Below the pieces are notes generated by a model. The model was not told the origin of the DNA. It saw nothing but the letters and a program-made list of their open reading frames with translations, and searched no databases. Below are positions 24,591 to 39,339 of a DNA stretch of 64,000 nt, piece after piece. Every line of letters begins with the position of its first letter. The stretch's first letter is position 1. Both the position numbers and the translations under genes were made by a program. Origin of the DNA: Camelus dromedarius (lineage: Eukaryota). The stretch is taken from contig NC_087437.1 of assembly GCF_036321535.1 (NCBI RefSeq), positions 56,422,001-56,486,000 on the forward strand, in the 5' to 3' direction.

Positions 24591-27500
24591 CTGTGTAATC
24601 CTGCAGACACTCTCTTTATTTATCTAAGACTCCTGTTCCTCATTTGTTAAGTGGGGAAAATAATAAAACCATCTGAAAGAGTTGTTATGAGAATTAAAAG
24701 AGATAATAAATGTGAAGCACTGTAATACTTGGCATATGGAAAGCATTTAATATCAGGTGACCATAGTAGTAGTTCTTACAGTAACAGTGGTCTCACTGGC
24801 AGAATTGGTGCAAGAAATCCAGGCTCCTGACCCAACGTTGTTATTCTCCATAGGGAATAGCACTATATGTATCTCAGGGAGCCACGCCACTCGCTGAGCC
24901 TCTCTTTCCAAATCCTACAATGGGGCAAAAACCCCTACCCTATGATCAAAGAGTATAATGTGTCTGAAATTGCCATGTAATGTATAAATTACTGTAGATT
25001 CTGTTAATAATTACAGATTTGTAATCTCTGATGGGATGTGGCAGTGAGAAGAAGGCAATGAGTCCTAAGTAATGAGTTTGGAACATTTTCCTGACTTAAA
25101 GGGTATGAAAATAAAAAAAAACTCTGTTTCTAATAAACCACCTTCATTATCGATTTCTCCATGAGGCAGGGAACCACAGCACTGAGGGGCTGAAAGTACC
25201 CAGAGAGGAGTGTCACTTTTCCCATGGGATATATGCCTTGGATTGACACACATACCACACACACAAAGCGTATATATCCACGGACGGTTAGAGTTGTACC
25301 ATGAAGCTCCTAGAAGCCCTCTTGGTGTGACTGCAAACCCCTTTCCAGATCTAGCACCTATTTCTCTTATTTTCATTTTTCTACTTTACGGTAACTATTT
25401 GCTTTTTTTCTGTGGCAGAGCGTTGACTTATAGCCTCTTGTGAGTATCAGTGGAGGAAGAATGTTGGCACCATGTGCAAGAAGGCTGACCACAATAGGGA
25501 TATGAGATGAGAGATTCTACATTTGATTTCTTTGGAGTGTTTGATCTTGCTTCGTATATTCAAAGTTTATTCTCTTTTGTTTTCTATGTTTTAAGAGCTT
25601 TGGAGTTCAGAAAACTGGGTTTGTTTTTTCTGCTTTCTCTTCAGCAGTAAATATGTAAGAGGCAAATGTCTTCAACCTTAATAGTGAGTCAGGAAGCTGA
25701 ATATAGGCATAAAAATTCAACCTCTGACATACCAGGAGAAAGGAAATACACAGACTGCCATAAATGTAGTGAGCACTCCCTTTGTAGTTGGTTTTACAGG
25801 CAGAAGTCTTGTGTGGTATGAGGCAAATAACTACAATTCTACAAGGTTTCGTCTCACCTCTGCTACTAACCCAGTATTTCACTCAGGCGTTCCTTCACCC
25901 TGCTGGTCTCACAGCCTACCCTGTATAATGTGTCCTGGAACTGGATGATTTGTGAGGCCCCCTTCCAGCTCCAACATGTAGTGGTTTTCTCAGGTGCACA
26001 GTGGATTATAGGTGACTTAAACATTCAGAAACGTGGACCATGAATGAATCTTGGCATTTATCTTCCCAATTCATTGCTCCTCTCCTTGGGATCTGACACT
26101 CTTCTCTAGATGAAGGACCGCTGAGACCCCAGCCCCTTGGAGCCCCAGCCTCATGAATTCTTCCTACCACCCCATCACCATTCACTTCCCGACATTGCCC
26201 ACACCTCCATTTCTAATGCTTTCTGCTTTTGATGCTTGTTTCACCTGGTTTTTCTCTCAGAATCTTTTGTTTTCTGCTTGTCACTACCAGCCTTCAAGAA
26301 AAATCTGCATGCTTGACACATTATTAAAATTGAATGAGGCTGCGCTGGCATTTCGCAGGTGACGCTTCTCTTAAATGCACTGGCAGGATTGTAGCCTGTG
26401 TCTCTTCTTCTGGCAGGTGATGAAGATCTCAAACACCCTTTTACTCCAGGCAACTTCTTGAGAATTTCTGGGGAAGTTGCTGTCAAAGCTTACAAGATGC
26501 CTTTTTTTTTCTCCTTTTTTCTTTTTTTACTTTGTAGTTGTGTATAGCATATAGTTGCAAATCTGGAGGCATGGAAATCTATAGCTTTTAATTGAAAGCT
26601 GAAGGCCCCTAATGCATTTTCACTGAACAAGTCTCCCTAACCCTCCAACTGGGACGTGAGATATGGGGATAGAGACCCATGGGGTATGTGGAAGGCTTTT
26701 AATTTCCTTCATGGGGAAGAGTGATTGCTTGGCCATCTTTATAAATTAAAATACACGTTCTGCATATTAGGACTCAAGTCCTGAATTTTGGATTTTCTGT
26801 CCTGGCTCTGGTAAAATGCAATAAAAACTCAAAAACAAATGCACACAATAAGTCACTTCCCCTGCTCTCTTTCCAGATCTGAATTCCCTCATCTGTAAAA
26901 ATCAACGTAATAATTGTAGCTAAAATTTATTAAGTTTGTACTATGAACCCAAGCATGTGGTATTTTCACATATGATCTTTTTAACCTCTGTCAGTAGTTC
27001 TTTTATTAGCTTTGTATTTTGCTTCATGTATTGTTACAAGATCCTGGGGTACTGGGTCTTTCTTTCCAGGTGCCACACCTGTGGGCAACATTGCTACCTA
27101 CTTTGATTTCAGCCTCAAGGATAAGACCCATATATCAGCTTCTTCACCTGTAAAATGAGAGGAAGGAGAACTGGGTGGCTTGATCCCTATGTAGAATACA
27201 TGTAAAGTTACCTTCTATGGTTCCCAGTTACTGTTATCTGGTCCAGTCTTTCTGGATTTGCTTTTTTTTGCCTATTTCAACCCCTGTTTTGAAGAGGAAT
27301 ATACTATTGTACTCTTTACATTCCCAATACTAACTGGAAATGTTTGTGCTGATACATAGTTTACTGGTATGATGTAGTAGAAAGAACATGACATTTGGGT
27401 TGAAAAGAAGTGATTCTGTGCTTGCCACTCATGAGCTCTATGCCACTCATCAAGTTAGCTCTCTGGGCTTAGTTACCCCATTTGTAAAATGAGACAATTG

Positions 27501-29954
27501 TTCTAAGTGTTTTGAAGACTCCCTTGTCGTCTAAAACCCTCAAACGCTGTGTGAGAGGTGAGTCCCCATAGGTTACATGTTAACAACGTTCTTTGGACCA
27601 TACTTAGTTTGAAATTATCCACCCTCAGTTTGGAATCAAGAAAGAGAAGAATGTAACATTAATAATAGTGAGGACTACTGAATAACTCTCTGTTAAACAC
27701 ATTAAAAGCATTGTCCCTTCAGTCTTTAAAACAAGCTTTCTTGGACTCATAGGAGTATTTACTTCACTTGCACACACTCACATGGCTAAGAGGAAGCAGA
27801 ATAAGACTTTGAACTGGGATTGTTGGGTTCCAGAGGCTCCATAGGGAAAGTAGTTTTGGGGGTATGAGACCTGGTTTGGTCCCTCCCCACCTCTACCTTA
27901 TATTGTTAGCCCATCTCTCCAACCTGTCTCTCATCCTCTCTTAGCTTCTTTCACTTCATCTGTGCAATGGGGACGTTACCAGCTATCTTACTGGAACTGA
28001 AGGCTGCAACCACATCTGGGATTGTATGATGATGTGCAAAATTCTTTTACTTCCAATGCTGATGATCTGTTTCTTGAATGGAAATTCGAAGGCAGAGACC
28101 ACGCTTTTTGCTGCATTTTGTTTATAGTCCCTCGCACTCATAGGGCCCTGAGTAAATACTGTGTAATAATGAAAATAAAAGAGAGCAAAGGCTGCTTGAT
28201 TATTATATGAGAATAGTAATTGGATATTTACATCTTAATCATGGATTAGAAAAAATTGCTTGGGGGAAAAAGAACATAAAAACCAGCTAATGACTACTTA
28301 GAGTAGTACTGTGTCACACTTGACATAAGCCAGTTTATTTATTGTCACAACAGCCCTGCAAAGAAAATCATTCCCTTCAGCCACATAAGGATGTTCATTA
28401 TAGTGATTTTTTTTTTTAGAAGAAAATAATGGAACCATGGTACAGGGCAGTACACCCATAATCCATTCTTTAGCCTGCTAACCCCTGCTGCCACTTTGAT
28501 GAGAGAAGCCTTTTCTGGGCGGCTATTAGATGATGCCATTCCGTGTTCCGCCTTATTATTCACACAGCGCAGGAAGGGTGGCTGTTGGGCCTTTCTCGGA
28601 CATTAACTCGTGATGATCATGGCTCTCTTTGTTGGTGCTCCAAAAGCCAGTTGGGAAATGACTTGATGGAGACCAAAAAAGAGCCCGGAGACCTGCAGCA
28701 GCTCCTCTAGACCTGAGAGCTGTAAAATTTTCCTAGAGAACCCAGGATTTTTTTCTCCAAGTCCTCTGCCGCAAGGAAAACTTTGTAGAAAGTGATGCTC
28801 ATGTTCACAAACTAAGAGAGGGCCCTACTGGTACTGAATGAAAACGAAACAGTGTGGAGATCCTAGAGCGTTGATCCTGTAACAATAATTAGACTTGGAA
28901 AGATCTCAACTCTACGTCCTCCTTCAGATGATTTGAATTTGTAACACTTCAAGTATCACCTACTATGGTGTGTATTCTGTATTTAAACTTCATAGGTTTG
29001 GTTGCTTTTATCTGTGAGGGTTTATTTTCCTTTTTCACTCCTTTTTTTTTCTTTACTTTTGTGCTTCCCTGATAATGACTTTCTCTACTTTTTTTTTTTT
29101 TTTAATAGCAAGGACTACCGCTTCTAATTGATATAAAATAGCAAGTCTTTAGGTCTGTGGAAAGATAAATGCCCAGTGTCACAGGAAGGATTAGAACACA
29201 ATCTGGAATAAAACTTGTTCTAGCAACAAATTCTAACAACACTTGCAAAACTGAATTTCTGACTTGCGGATCCTCACCCTCCCCCAAGCAGCTTTCTGAA
29301 TTTGGCATTCTTTCCTTGTCTGGCAAATCTTATTATTTGCTCAGAGCTCTTTCTTATTTTTTTCCATATTATTCAATCAGTAAAACTCCCTTCTTTGGTG
29401 GGAGTAAGGTATGTCTAATGATCTGGTCCAGGAAAGCCATCTGCCAGTTATTAGCTCAGTACTTTCAAACAGTACAGGCAGCCTGGGGATGTCTGGTGGG
29501 TGCCCACAGCCGCCTCAGCTTTCCTCCCCCACCAGGAACTTCTCTCTCTCTTTTGATGGCTTTAGTTGACAACTATAAAATTTCAGTAACATTTTCTAGA
29601 CTTTTGTTTGAGTAGCTTTCCTCTGAATAAAAACTAAGTTTTAATAATATATTCCACTTAAATCATACTCCAGGAAACACAGTTTGTAGATTTTTTTTTG
29701 AAAACTGGTGGCTTATTAATAGGACACTACTGAAAAAAAAAAAATCCAGATAGTTTTAGTATTTTTTCCACGAAGGAACAAAAAGGACTATATTTTTAAC
29801 TGTAAATAGTAATCAGAGACATAAACTCATGCGGTGGATAAAACCTCAGAAATAGTTCAACAATCCACTTATTATAACAGATGAAATAGGACATTGTTAT
29901 CAATTAGGATGATGATCAGCTGTGAATAAAGAGGCTCCACAGGGGTTTAAATTA

Positions 29955-30117
29955 ATTTTCCCATTGTTAATGTGCATATGAATCGCCTGGGGATCTTGTT
30001 AAACTGCAGATTCTGATTCAGTAGGTCTGGTGGGGCCTGGAAGTCTGCAGGTCTGACAAGCTCCCAAGGGATGCTGCTGATGATAGCGGGTCGTGAGCCA
30101 CACTGTCAGTAGCAAGG
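29955..30117. mobile_element. MER5-like hAT-Charlie MITE
   Basis: gaatcgcctggggatcttgttaaactgcagattctgattcagtaggtctgg matches the recalled MER5A core. Confidence 0.8.
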
Positions 30118-33100
30118 ACATTAGAAGATAACATATTTCTCATGTAAAATCTAGAGGCAGAAAGTTCAGGGCTACTAAGGCAGCTCCATACCTCATTCAA
30201 GGTCCCCTCGCCTTTCCCTTTCCCTTTCCACCATCTTTAGGGTGTGGCTTCATTCTCATGGTCCATAAGGTAGCTCCAGCTGTCAGGCATGTTCCCAGCA
30301 GCAAGGTGGAAGAAATGGGGTGCTAGCAAGATCACAGGAAATAGAGGGGTATGCCAGTATTTCTCAAGGAAAGTTTCTGCAATCTACCATGTGAGGATTT
30401 CAAACATATTCCATTGGCCAGAGCTTAGCCACCTGATTGTGTCCAGGTGAAAGGGAAGCTGGGAAATACAGCCTTTATTCTGAATGGTTATGTGCCCAAC
30501 TGAAAATTCCCACGCTGCCTAGAAGAAGAAGAGTGTGGGGACATGGAAAATGGGACATGTTTAACAGTCTCTGCCGTAGACCTGGAGAGAGAGGAAATCA
30601 TTTTCCAAAGGTCACGCAGATTAACTGTAAATGGTACGTGCCTAGAACTTCATAGTTTCTATGATACTTTATATCCTAGGCTCATCCTGTTCTCACAGCT
30701 ACTCTGTCCTATTATAATCTTTATTCTTGAATGTGGAAACTGAGGTTTATAATGGTTGAGGGACTTGCCCTGAGTATCTTCTTTAACATTACACACTCCT
30801 GACTTCCCCCACCTCCTCATTCCTGATCCCTTTTACCACGTTCAATGCTTTTCTTTGATCCATTGGCTTATCACTTTACAATGTACTCTATACTTTTCTT
30901 ATTTAGCATGTTCATCCCTGCGTTAGAAGGTGAGCTCCGTAAGACCTTTGTTTCATTCACGCATGCACCCTGAGCACCTGCTTTAGTACTTGGCACATGA
31001 TAGGGTGCTCAGTATATAGGTTTTAAACGAATTAATAAAGCTAATAGGTGTCAAAGCCTGCCTTTGAATCATGTCTGATATCCCCAACTCTGATGCCCTG
31101 TGGTCTGTGCCACATGCCTTCTCTATTAGGACCCCTGCTAATGTTTCTGTGTTGGACACTCTTATCTTGCTTCATAAACTGGCCCACACTTACTTTGTTG
31201 ATTTTTGTCTTCATGCTACTCAGTGTTGCTACCCAGCCTCACCAGTTTGCTCACACCTTGGATTTTCTCCAGATCATAATCCCAGGCTAATGTTTCCTGA
31301 GGAGTACCATATATATGGCTAGAAAAACAAAGTTAATCAAAACGACCAGAATGGTTGTAAAACCAGCCCTTCCAGTAGACTTAGTCCTTGCCCTCACGCT
31401 TAGATAGGAACACTAGATCATGTTGATGGGAGTTTTTAAAGTGGCTTTGTCCACACTGGGTTCCAGGGTGGGATATTAAAAGGTCCTGGTTCTTATCTCA
31501 ATCCAATCTCAGGACTACCACCTCCACCAACACTCTACATACACTATGCTATACTATATTATAGTATGCTAATACGACTGTAGTGTAGGCAGGGAAGCCT
31601 GTTTTAAGTTGGTTCATTCATTCTACCAAGTATTTTTCTTTAATTAATTTTGTGTCTATGTCTTTGTTTTCTAAGATTGTTAACTTCTTGGCGGACAAGG
31701 ACTCATTCAGGTTTATCATGCGGCTCCAGCCAGTTATGCACGAGCTACTTTCATACGTCTGGCCCTTTGATTCCCATGCAGCACTGCAGGATGGGCGTCC
31801 TACACACGGAGAATCTGAATTTGAGGGGGGAAGCATTTTGCCCAGGGTCATCTGGCAAGCAAGTGGCACAGGGAAAATAATTACATATAAAAGCTAATTC
31901 CACCTTAATTCTTCTAATATTTAAAACTTCTCCTCTTTTTTTGCCACTATAGCTGAACTTGAGTTCTTATATCTACATGTTTCTCTACCATAGCACCCAG
32001 CACAGTGCCTTGCTCGCAGCAGGTTTTCCGGAAATATTTAATAAATACAAATATATGAGTAGCTTTCCTGTGGGAAATGTCTTGCTTTGAATATGGGAAC
32101 ATAGCTTTGGGACAAGCCTCCCAGATCCACGTTCAGGCAGCTTTTACTTGTGTTACTACTCAGGCAAAAGTAAGTCAATTAATCTCTCTGTCTTGGTTTC
32201 CTGGCATGTAATGTGGGAATGGGCATGAAAGCCCACGAGGGTGTTGTGAGGTTAATTAGTTAAAATGTATACCCTGCTATATAAATGCTAATTGCTGTCG
32301 GGAGCGTGGGTTGGGTTTTCCAGTGACTTGGCTTTGTGGCGGCTTTGCGCATTTCCATTAGTCCTCTGTGCCACCAACAGCAGCCTTAAGAAATCCTTTG
32401 GCGGAGGGGAATGATGACTTTGTGGTTTCCCCATGTTCCCGATGTAGAGAAGACTTCCACTATGGAGTAAACTGGATAAGAAGGGACATTTTAAACAAAA
32501 AAGTAATTCACCATGCCAATAATTCACTAAATTCCCTTTGCTGTTATTAGAGACAATCTATTTGCATACCAGCCTTTCCCCTAGTCTTTTCTTCGGCTGG
32601 TGCCTGCAGTGAGTCATATAATTAATTTGGTATTACATGACACTCCAGCCCGTTGCCATAGATTTTATTTTTATTTGTTCATTGAATAATTTAAAAAGCT
32701 CTGACAAAATGCCCTCAGGTGGCTGGCTCGAGAAACTCAAAAAACCCACAGCACTAATTTCAAATGGGCAAATACTGCAAAGAAAAAACTCAGTATCATT
32801 TTTGCTAATGTTTATGAATTCTAATATGTGTGTATTTGATCCCTATTATAAAAGAGTCTGATTCTTTATATACATTTGGCCTATGAAATATTTTTCAAGG
32901 GAGATACATAGCAGGTATAATGATGTCTTTTCCCCTTGACACTGTATTGCGTCTAATTTGGTTGATGTTAAAAGATATTAAGTCTATGGAATCAGTCAAA
33001 AATCTTGGTGATTGATCTGTATTTAAATTTTAGTATGTAAGGGCCTTTAACAAGTGCTATTTTAAAACTAACTCTGTCTGCTCTTGATTTATTAAGTTAT

Positions 33101-33127
33101 GTTATGAACGGATAAGTCTGCCCTTTT

Positions 33128-33515
33128 TTGTTAGTCAATACTGGTTGCTATAATAAATATGTTCCCCAAATCTCAGTGGCTTAACACAGTAGAGGTTATT
33201 TTTTGCTCAATCACAACTCCTCGGGAGTGAGATGGCTTTCCTGAGAAGCTCTGCTCTGACCAACGACAGGAATCCAAGCTCCTTCCATCTTGCGATGCTA
33301 CATTTTTCAAAAATTTCTGGCCTTCAAGGACCCCATGGAAGGGAAAGAGAAAGCACCAAAGATTGTTCTGGGAGTTTCAAGTTATTAGGCATTTGTGGCC
33401 ACGTTCATTGGTCAGAACCAAATCGTATGGTCCCAACTCAATTTCTACGGATATGTAGTTTGCTTATGGATCAAGGAAACAAGATTAATGAATAGTTAGC
33501 CAGGCTCTGCCACAG
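33128..33515. mobile_element. MLT1-type (MaLR) LTR relic
   Basis: ccccaaatctcagtggcttaacaca and cattggtcagaac motifs, ending in gccaca. Confidence 0.6.
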
Positions 33516-34299
33516 TCTGCCCCAGTGATTACCAAAATTCCATTTCCTATTTCTTCCTAAATTGATCTGCCCAAGTCCATGCTTGTGGTTGAGATGTTAC
33601 ACTAGCACGCTTTTTCCATCTCCTTTTTCACAATTAGCATTCTCCTAGTTTACAAAAGGAAGATCCACCTGTCACTTATCATCTATCCTACTATTAATCA
33701 TTACTTAGGGCCATAAAGACTTCCCAGGGCCAAAGTGACAATTTGTATCATTGATGTCAGAAAGTCTCCTTTAATCCAAGTACCATTACCCACCAGAAGG
33801 GCTTCCTCATGCTCTCCAATTTACCAGTGTTCCTGTTGAGAATGAGCCATGATATCAGAACTGCGGTCTACTGACCCAAGTTGGGGTGATCTGAATTAGG
33901 ATATACTGTAGAGTGGGGTTGCAGGAAGGATGCTATTTTTCATTTCATAACCTTGCATCTAAAATCATCCAAGTTTGAATAGTCTTGAACTCTTGAGAGA
34001 AATGCCTTTAGGAACAGCATAAAGAGTATTTTTTATGAAATACAGAAGGCAGTAGCATCCTATTTCATCCAGACAACAAACTTAGTGTAGTACAATTCCA
34101 GACTTCATCAGCTGCCGACTGTCTCCCTCTTTCTCTTTTAAACTATACTTCAAAAGTGAATGACTGCCATGCCAATCCATATTAATACAATTTTTGGAAT
34201 GAAAAGAAATGAAATCAATACCTTTTTCTCACAGAAAGTAGGCATAATTAAGATGATTTGACACTGAGAATGACTTTGCCAATCATATTGCATGGTGGA

Positions 34300-36120
34300 T
34301 ATTGCCTTCCATCCTCCCTTCCTTTCTTTTTTTTCCCCTAATTAATATTTTAATTATTTTCAAAGCAAATCTTACACAGAGGTTTTTAAGGCCAGTATAT
34401 TAAAAGGCATAACAAAATAATTGTATCCTTTTTGTCTTAATTTTCCTCATTCCCACTAGTTCTCTTCTTCAGAGATCATTTTTCAGTATTGTATTTATTT
34501 CTTCTAGCATTTCCCATCTATCGTTTGATAACCAATTTGTGTATATGGTTACTTTTCATTTAGTCAACCCTATGCATTATCTTTTCATTTTTTAAAATAT
34601 AGTAAATAAGGATTGTCTCCCTGAACCTGCTATCCCTTTTGCTTCCCTTACTCATTCCTCTCTACATAATACTACTGCAATATGTGGTTGAATCAATAAT
34701 AATTTAATTAATATGTCTTCAAATATTAATGAACTTTGATTATTCCACTTTTCATCTTTTGAAGTTATTAATTGCCTTGCTTTCATATGCTCACTTTAAT
34801 AAATTACATCTTTTGGTAACTGTTTTTTTTTCATACTTTTCAATCGCCTTTCAGCATAATTTTTCATAGTGCTGATCTAATCAGACCATCCAGTTACAAT
34901 CCAGTTATAGATAATCAATTATAAATTTTTTTCTTTATTGGGGATTTCTACTTTTTTCTACTTACACTGATTTGCCACCAAGCCCTACTGCAAAGTTGCT
35001 ATCCTAGGGTTGCCTTCATTGGTATTCTGGGAATCCATTCCCCTCTCTCTTTAATTGGATCCCTTATTCCTTGATCTCATGTTTTCATCTTTCTTGCTCT
35101 TTCTCTCATTTTGTTAACATAAATCCCCCAGAAGCGTCTTGATAAAGAGCATATAAGAGATAAAATTACTGTCACACTTAATTGTTTCATTGGGATTATA
35201 TTCAAGATTGGAAATAATTTTCCTGTCGATGTATTGCTTTACTATCTTCCAGTTTCCAGTCTTATTTTTGAGAGTTTCAAAGCTACTCCGATTCCTACTC
35301 TTTTGTATGTGACTGTTTTTTTCCTTTTCCTACTTGCTGCTAGTTTATAGAATCTTTTCTTTTTCCATCCACAGGTTTTAAAAGTATTTTTGTAGTGTAA
35401 GTCTATTTTCATCAACTCTGCCAGAGCAATTGACAGGTCCTTTTAATTTAGGTACTTCAGTTCTGGAATTTGTTTTTGCTTTGAATTACTTAATTGGGAA
35501 TTTTCTTTCTTCTTCTTTTTTTCTTTAATTTTTTTTAAATTTTCTGTGACTCTTCTTACCGGGATGTAGAGACTCCTGGACTGGTCTTCTAACTTCCTTG
35601 CTTATTTTCTGTTTATTTTTCTTTTTACTGTACTTTTAAGAAATTATCAAGTTTAAATTCCAAATAAACCATTCTTTAACCATGTTTTTAATTTTAATGA
35701 GCTTTTTCTCTGAATATTCCTTTGTTATATCATCCCATTCTTGCTTCATAAATGTAAAAGCTTCCTTATTTCTCTGAGGATGTTAATGATATTTTTTTCC
35801 TTAAGATTTCTTTTTCTTGAATAATCTTGGTTTTCTCAAATTTGCTTTTACAAAGTTTCTTTGGATGTTACCTTTTATAGTAGAGATTTTTCTCAGATGT
35901 CTCCAAGGCTATCTGTTCATATTTAAGAAGAAGTAATTAAGAAGCTGATTAAAAATTCTGAATGTGAGTGTGAGGCTTGTTAACCTTGAGCTTTTCTGCT
36001 GGATGATGTACCTACACAATTTGTCAAGGAACCTCGGGGACCAAGACTGTTCGATCTTTCTCCCTAAGGTAGTCGTATTTCCTACAGAAGATTCACTCAC
36101 TCTCCTGCCTAGAGGGCCTG
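34300..36120 (-). mobile_element. Highly decayed antisense L1M region
   Basis: Long T-rich tract with L1-like remnants. Boundaries uncertain. Confidence 0.45.
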
Positions 36121-37551
36121 GCTGCCCCTATCCTTGGAACTCAGCAGGAAAGGTTACCGAGTGCTAGGAGAGTAGGATTGGAACAAAGGACATCCCTTTT
36201 TGAGGGATGTAAGAGAATCATCCGATTCTCCTTATTTACCACTCTCCCCATGTGCCCATTTTTAAGGTAACTGGTTACATTTGCCAAGATAGGACGGATT
36301 ATTCACATTTGTAACCAGTAAATTTCATTTCTCTATGACTTAACATAGCAAAGCTCTGCTCTATGACTTGCATATCAAGGGAACCAAGCTAAAGGAGTCT
36401 CAATCTCTCTGCTTTCGTATTTGCCAGGGCAGAAGAAAAGGAAGCATGATGCTTTGGCCCTTAAAACACCCACCACAGGTGATGCTCACTACATTGCATT
36501 AGCCAAAGTGAGTCACGTGGCATCTCCTTTTTTCAGAAAAGCATAAAAGTAAAATCTTACAAAATACCTAGGAAGAAAACCCAGAAATATTGGGTGTACA
36601 GCACAAGTGATTACTTATCTTAGTGTGATAGTTTCTCCTCCTGGGTCTTTTCTGCTTTCTGCATTACACATTGGTTTGTTCTCTAGCTTTCCCTTCCTCA
36701 CTTGGGATTTTTCATTTTAAATGGGCCAGGCTGGTCACCACTTGTCCATTTTGATGTTGCTCTTGTCCTCTGTTCTTGCTATTACTTGGGGTTATGTCCT
36801 GAAAAGTTATTTTAGTTTTAGTGGAGTTTCATAAAGGAGTGAAATTGGATGCATATACTTAATCTGATATATTTATCTGAAAAATGGTGGTTATAATTTC
36901 CTATAAACTAAATGAGCCAATTCTGCAATGTTGTGGTTTTAATGAAAATATATTTAACGAGTGTTAAAAGATAGATGTTTTATAAAAAATATTTTATTAC
37001 CATTTATATGAATGTGAACATTTTGATCTTTCCAGTTCTTTTCTCTGTGTGTTGGATTTTAAAAGATGTTTCTAAATGAAAGCATAGCCATTATAACTAA
37101 TAGTAATTTGTTGAGTCTTGGAAAAGTCAGTTTGTTAAATTTCCCAGAGATCTATTTATTTACTTAGGAATTTATTGCCCACTTACAAGCCTTTTGCAAG
37201 TCCTAAAGCTTCAAATTCTTTAGTTTTTATCAAAACTAAAGCAGCCACTAATTTAGTTGTTCTATCAGTTATCCGCTGCCCCCAAAATGTTGCCTAACAA
37301 CCACACACTTCATTTAATTTATTACACATGTATTTTTGCTCGTAAGTCTATAGATTGCCTGGGCAGCTCTGCTGACATAAACTTGGCCCCGTCGATGCAG
37401 GCTGGGCTTGCTCTTGCATCTTTGGTCTGCTGTGGAAAGGCCTGCCAGCTGTGCTTCTGGAGCGGGCAGCTGCCAGCTGGAGTGCCTCAGCTCTATTCCA
37501 CGTGGTCTCTTATTTACTAATCAGATTCCCTGGGTATTTTTAGTCAGTTTG

Positions 37552-37829
37552 GGCTGTCTAATCTAGTACCAATAGACATGCATGACTAGCCCAAATTGAG
37601 ATGTGCTGTAAGGGTAAAATATATTGAATTTTGAAGACTTATTACCCCCAAAAAAGAATGTAAATATAAAATAGCTTATTAATATTTTGTGATGTTTTGG
37701 GTATTTCAAGTTTACCAAAATACTTTATAAAAAATAATTTCACTTGCTTCTTTTACTTCTTTAATGTGGCAACTAGGGCATCTAAAATGAACTGTGTGGC
37801 TCATATTTTATTGCTATTTGGCAGTGCAG
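37552..37829. mobile_element. MER33/MER3-like hAT-Charlie element
   Basis: aattgagatgtgctgtaag..ttttgaagactta..ttaatgtggcaactag..tgtggctcatatt matches the recalled consensus. Confidence 0.7.
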
Positions 37830-38226
37830 ATGTAGTCCCCAAATCAGGAGGCCAGGGGAGAACTTGGAGTCTTAGAGGGTTGTCTTTTCGGTTGTAATTT
37901 TCTCCTGAGAACCTCCCTTGTCCCCAGAGGAGTGAAAGCATGTGGCTTCTTTTCCAGGTGAGATTCTCCTGCACACCTTCAAGAATTCAGCAGGATCAAG
38001 CTATCAGATCATATTATTACCCAAGAGATAGTCCAAAGATGATAAAGGAATGAGGGGAAGTCATCTCTTCACCACAGCTGCCTATTACATGCATTTATGA
38101 GAGAGATGCTAATGACCATGACCAGAGAAGAGGGTCCTGGAAAAGACTGGGGTATCTTGAGGAGAAGGTGTGTTCTCTGGAGGTGAGATGACTCAACTGC
38201 CTTTTCCTCCTTTCTGATTGTTCCAG

Positions 38227-38512
38227 AACGCTGCGATGACTGGGGACTAGATACCATGAGGCAGATCCAAGTGTTTGAAGATGAGCCGGCTCGCATCAAG
38301 TGCCCGCTCTTTGAACACTTCTTGAAGTACAACTACAGCACAGCCCACTCGGCGGGCCTTACTCTGATCTGGTATTGGACGAGGCAGGACCGGGACCTTG
38401 AGGAGCCAATTAACTTCCGCCTCCCTGAGAACCGCATTAGTAAGGAGAAGGATGTGCTCTGGTTCCGGCCCACCCTCCTCAACGACACTGGCAACTACAC
38501 CTGCATGCTAAG
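38227..38512 (+). CDS. IL1RAP: IL1RAP coding exon 2 (Ig domain 1): ERCDDWGLDTMRQIQVFEDEPARIKCPLFEHFLKYNYSTAHSAGLTLIWYWTRQDRDLEEPINFRLPENRISKEKDVLWFRPTLLNDTGNYTCML(R)
   Basis: ttccag| acceptor and AAG|GTAGCC donor. 286 nt, cumulative 350. In frame with the previous exon. Overlaps ORF 38256..38516 and is recognisable as IL-1RAcP. Confidence 0.99.
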
Positions 38513-39339
38513 GTAGCCTGACTGTTGCTGGTGACTTTGTCTTTCCCTTTTCATTCCTGAGCCTTTATTCAGATAATGCATGTGCTGTGGAGCTGGGGAG
38601 GGCAGGAAGGAAGCATCTAGGAAGAGTTATGCACCTTGTTGGCTTAGCTGAGTTTGGCTGAAAGATACATGCAGAGAAAATGGTTGTACCTCTGAGAACA
38701 TTCTCTGTAGGTGGTTCCTTTCCAAACCTGATGTGTATAAGGGTTGTTTAGAGGTGGAGCCTCATTCATTTGTACCCTTTCTCTGACACTGGAACCTGCC
38801 TACGTTTCAGCCTCACCTAGACAATGAGCAGGACAGGTGGCAGAACCCATTCGTTTCTGTTATTCTTGGCAGCTTTTAAAGTGCCAGGCACAGAATAAAA
38901 GCTCAGGATGCCACCGAGAGGAAAGAATACTTGAGAGGCATCAAATGTACTTAGAATGGCGCTTTTCAAGCTTTTCCACCAATATTCCTCTAACGAGCAA
39001 ATGAATACCAGATCTCTGGGAATCTAAGAATATACTCCAAAGCCCCCATCATTACTGCAAAAGTCCTTTCAAATCCATGTTTTTTCCTTGAAAGTTCATG
39101 TAGATGTTTCATTTCACTTCACAATGTATCTACATTTCTTTTGCAAAATATTAATGTTGCTTTTGCTCTGAGAAAAATCTTTTAAAAACTGAGGCTCCTC
39201 TGAAGAGTAGCCATTTTAAAGCTTAATTCTTTGACCACTTTTTTCCCAAGGTCCCTTTTTAGCTTCCAAACTTAACTTGTTTTTTAAACTCTCATCTGGT
39301 TTATGGATTTTTTTCCTGCTATTTAATAAGTTCAATGGC

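Noticed and set aside
38227..38512. Local CpG enrichment suggesting a CpG island or promoter
   Set aside because: It is confined to the coding exon and explained by codon constraint.
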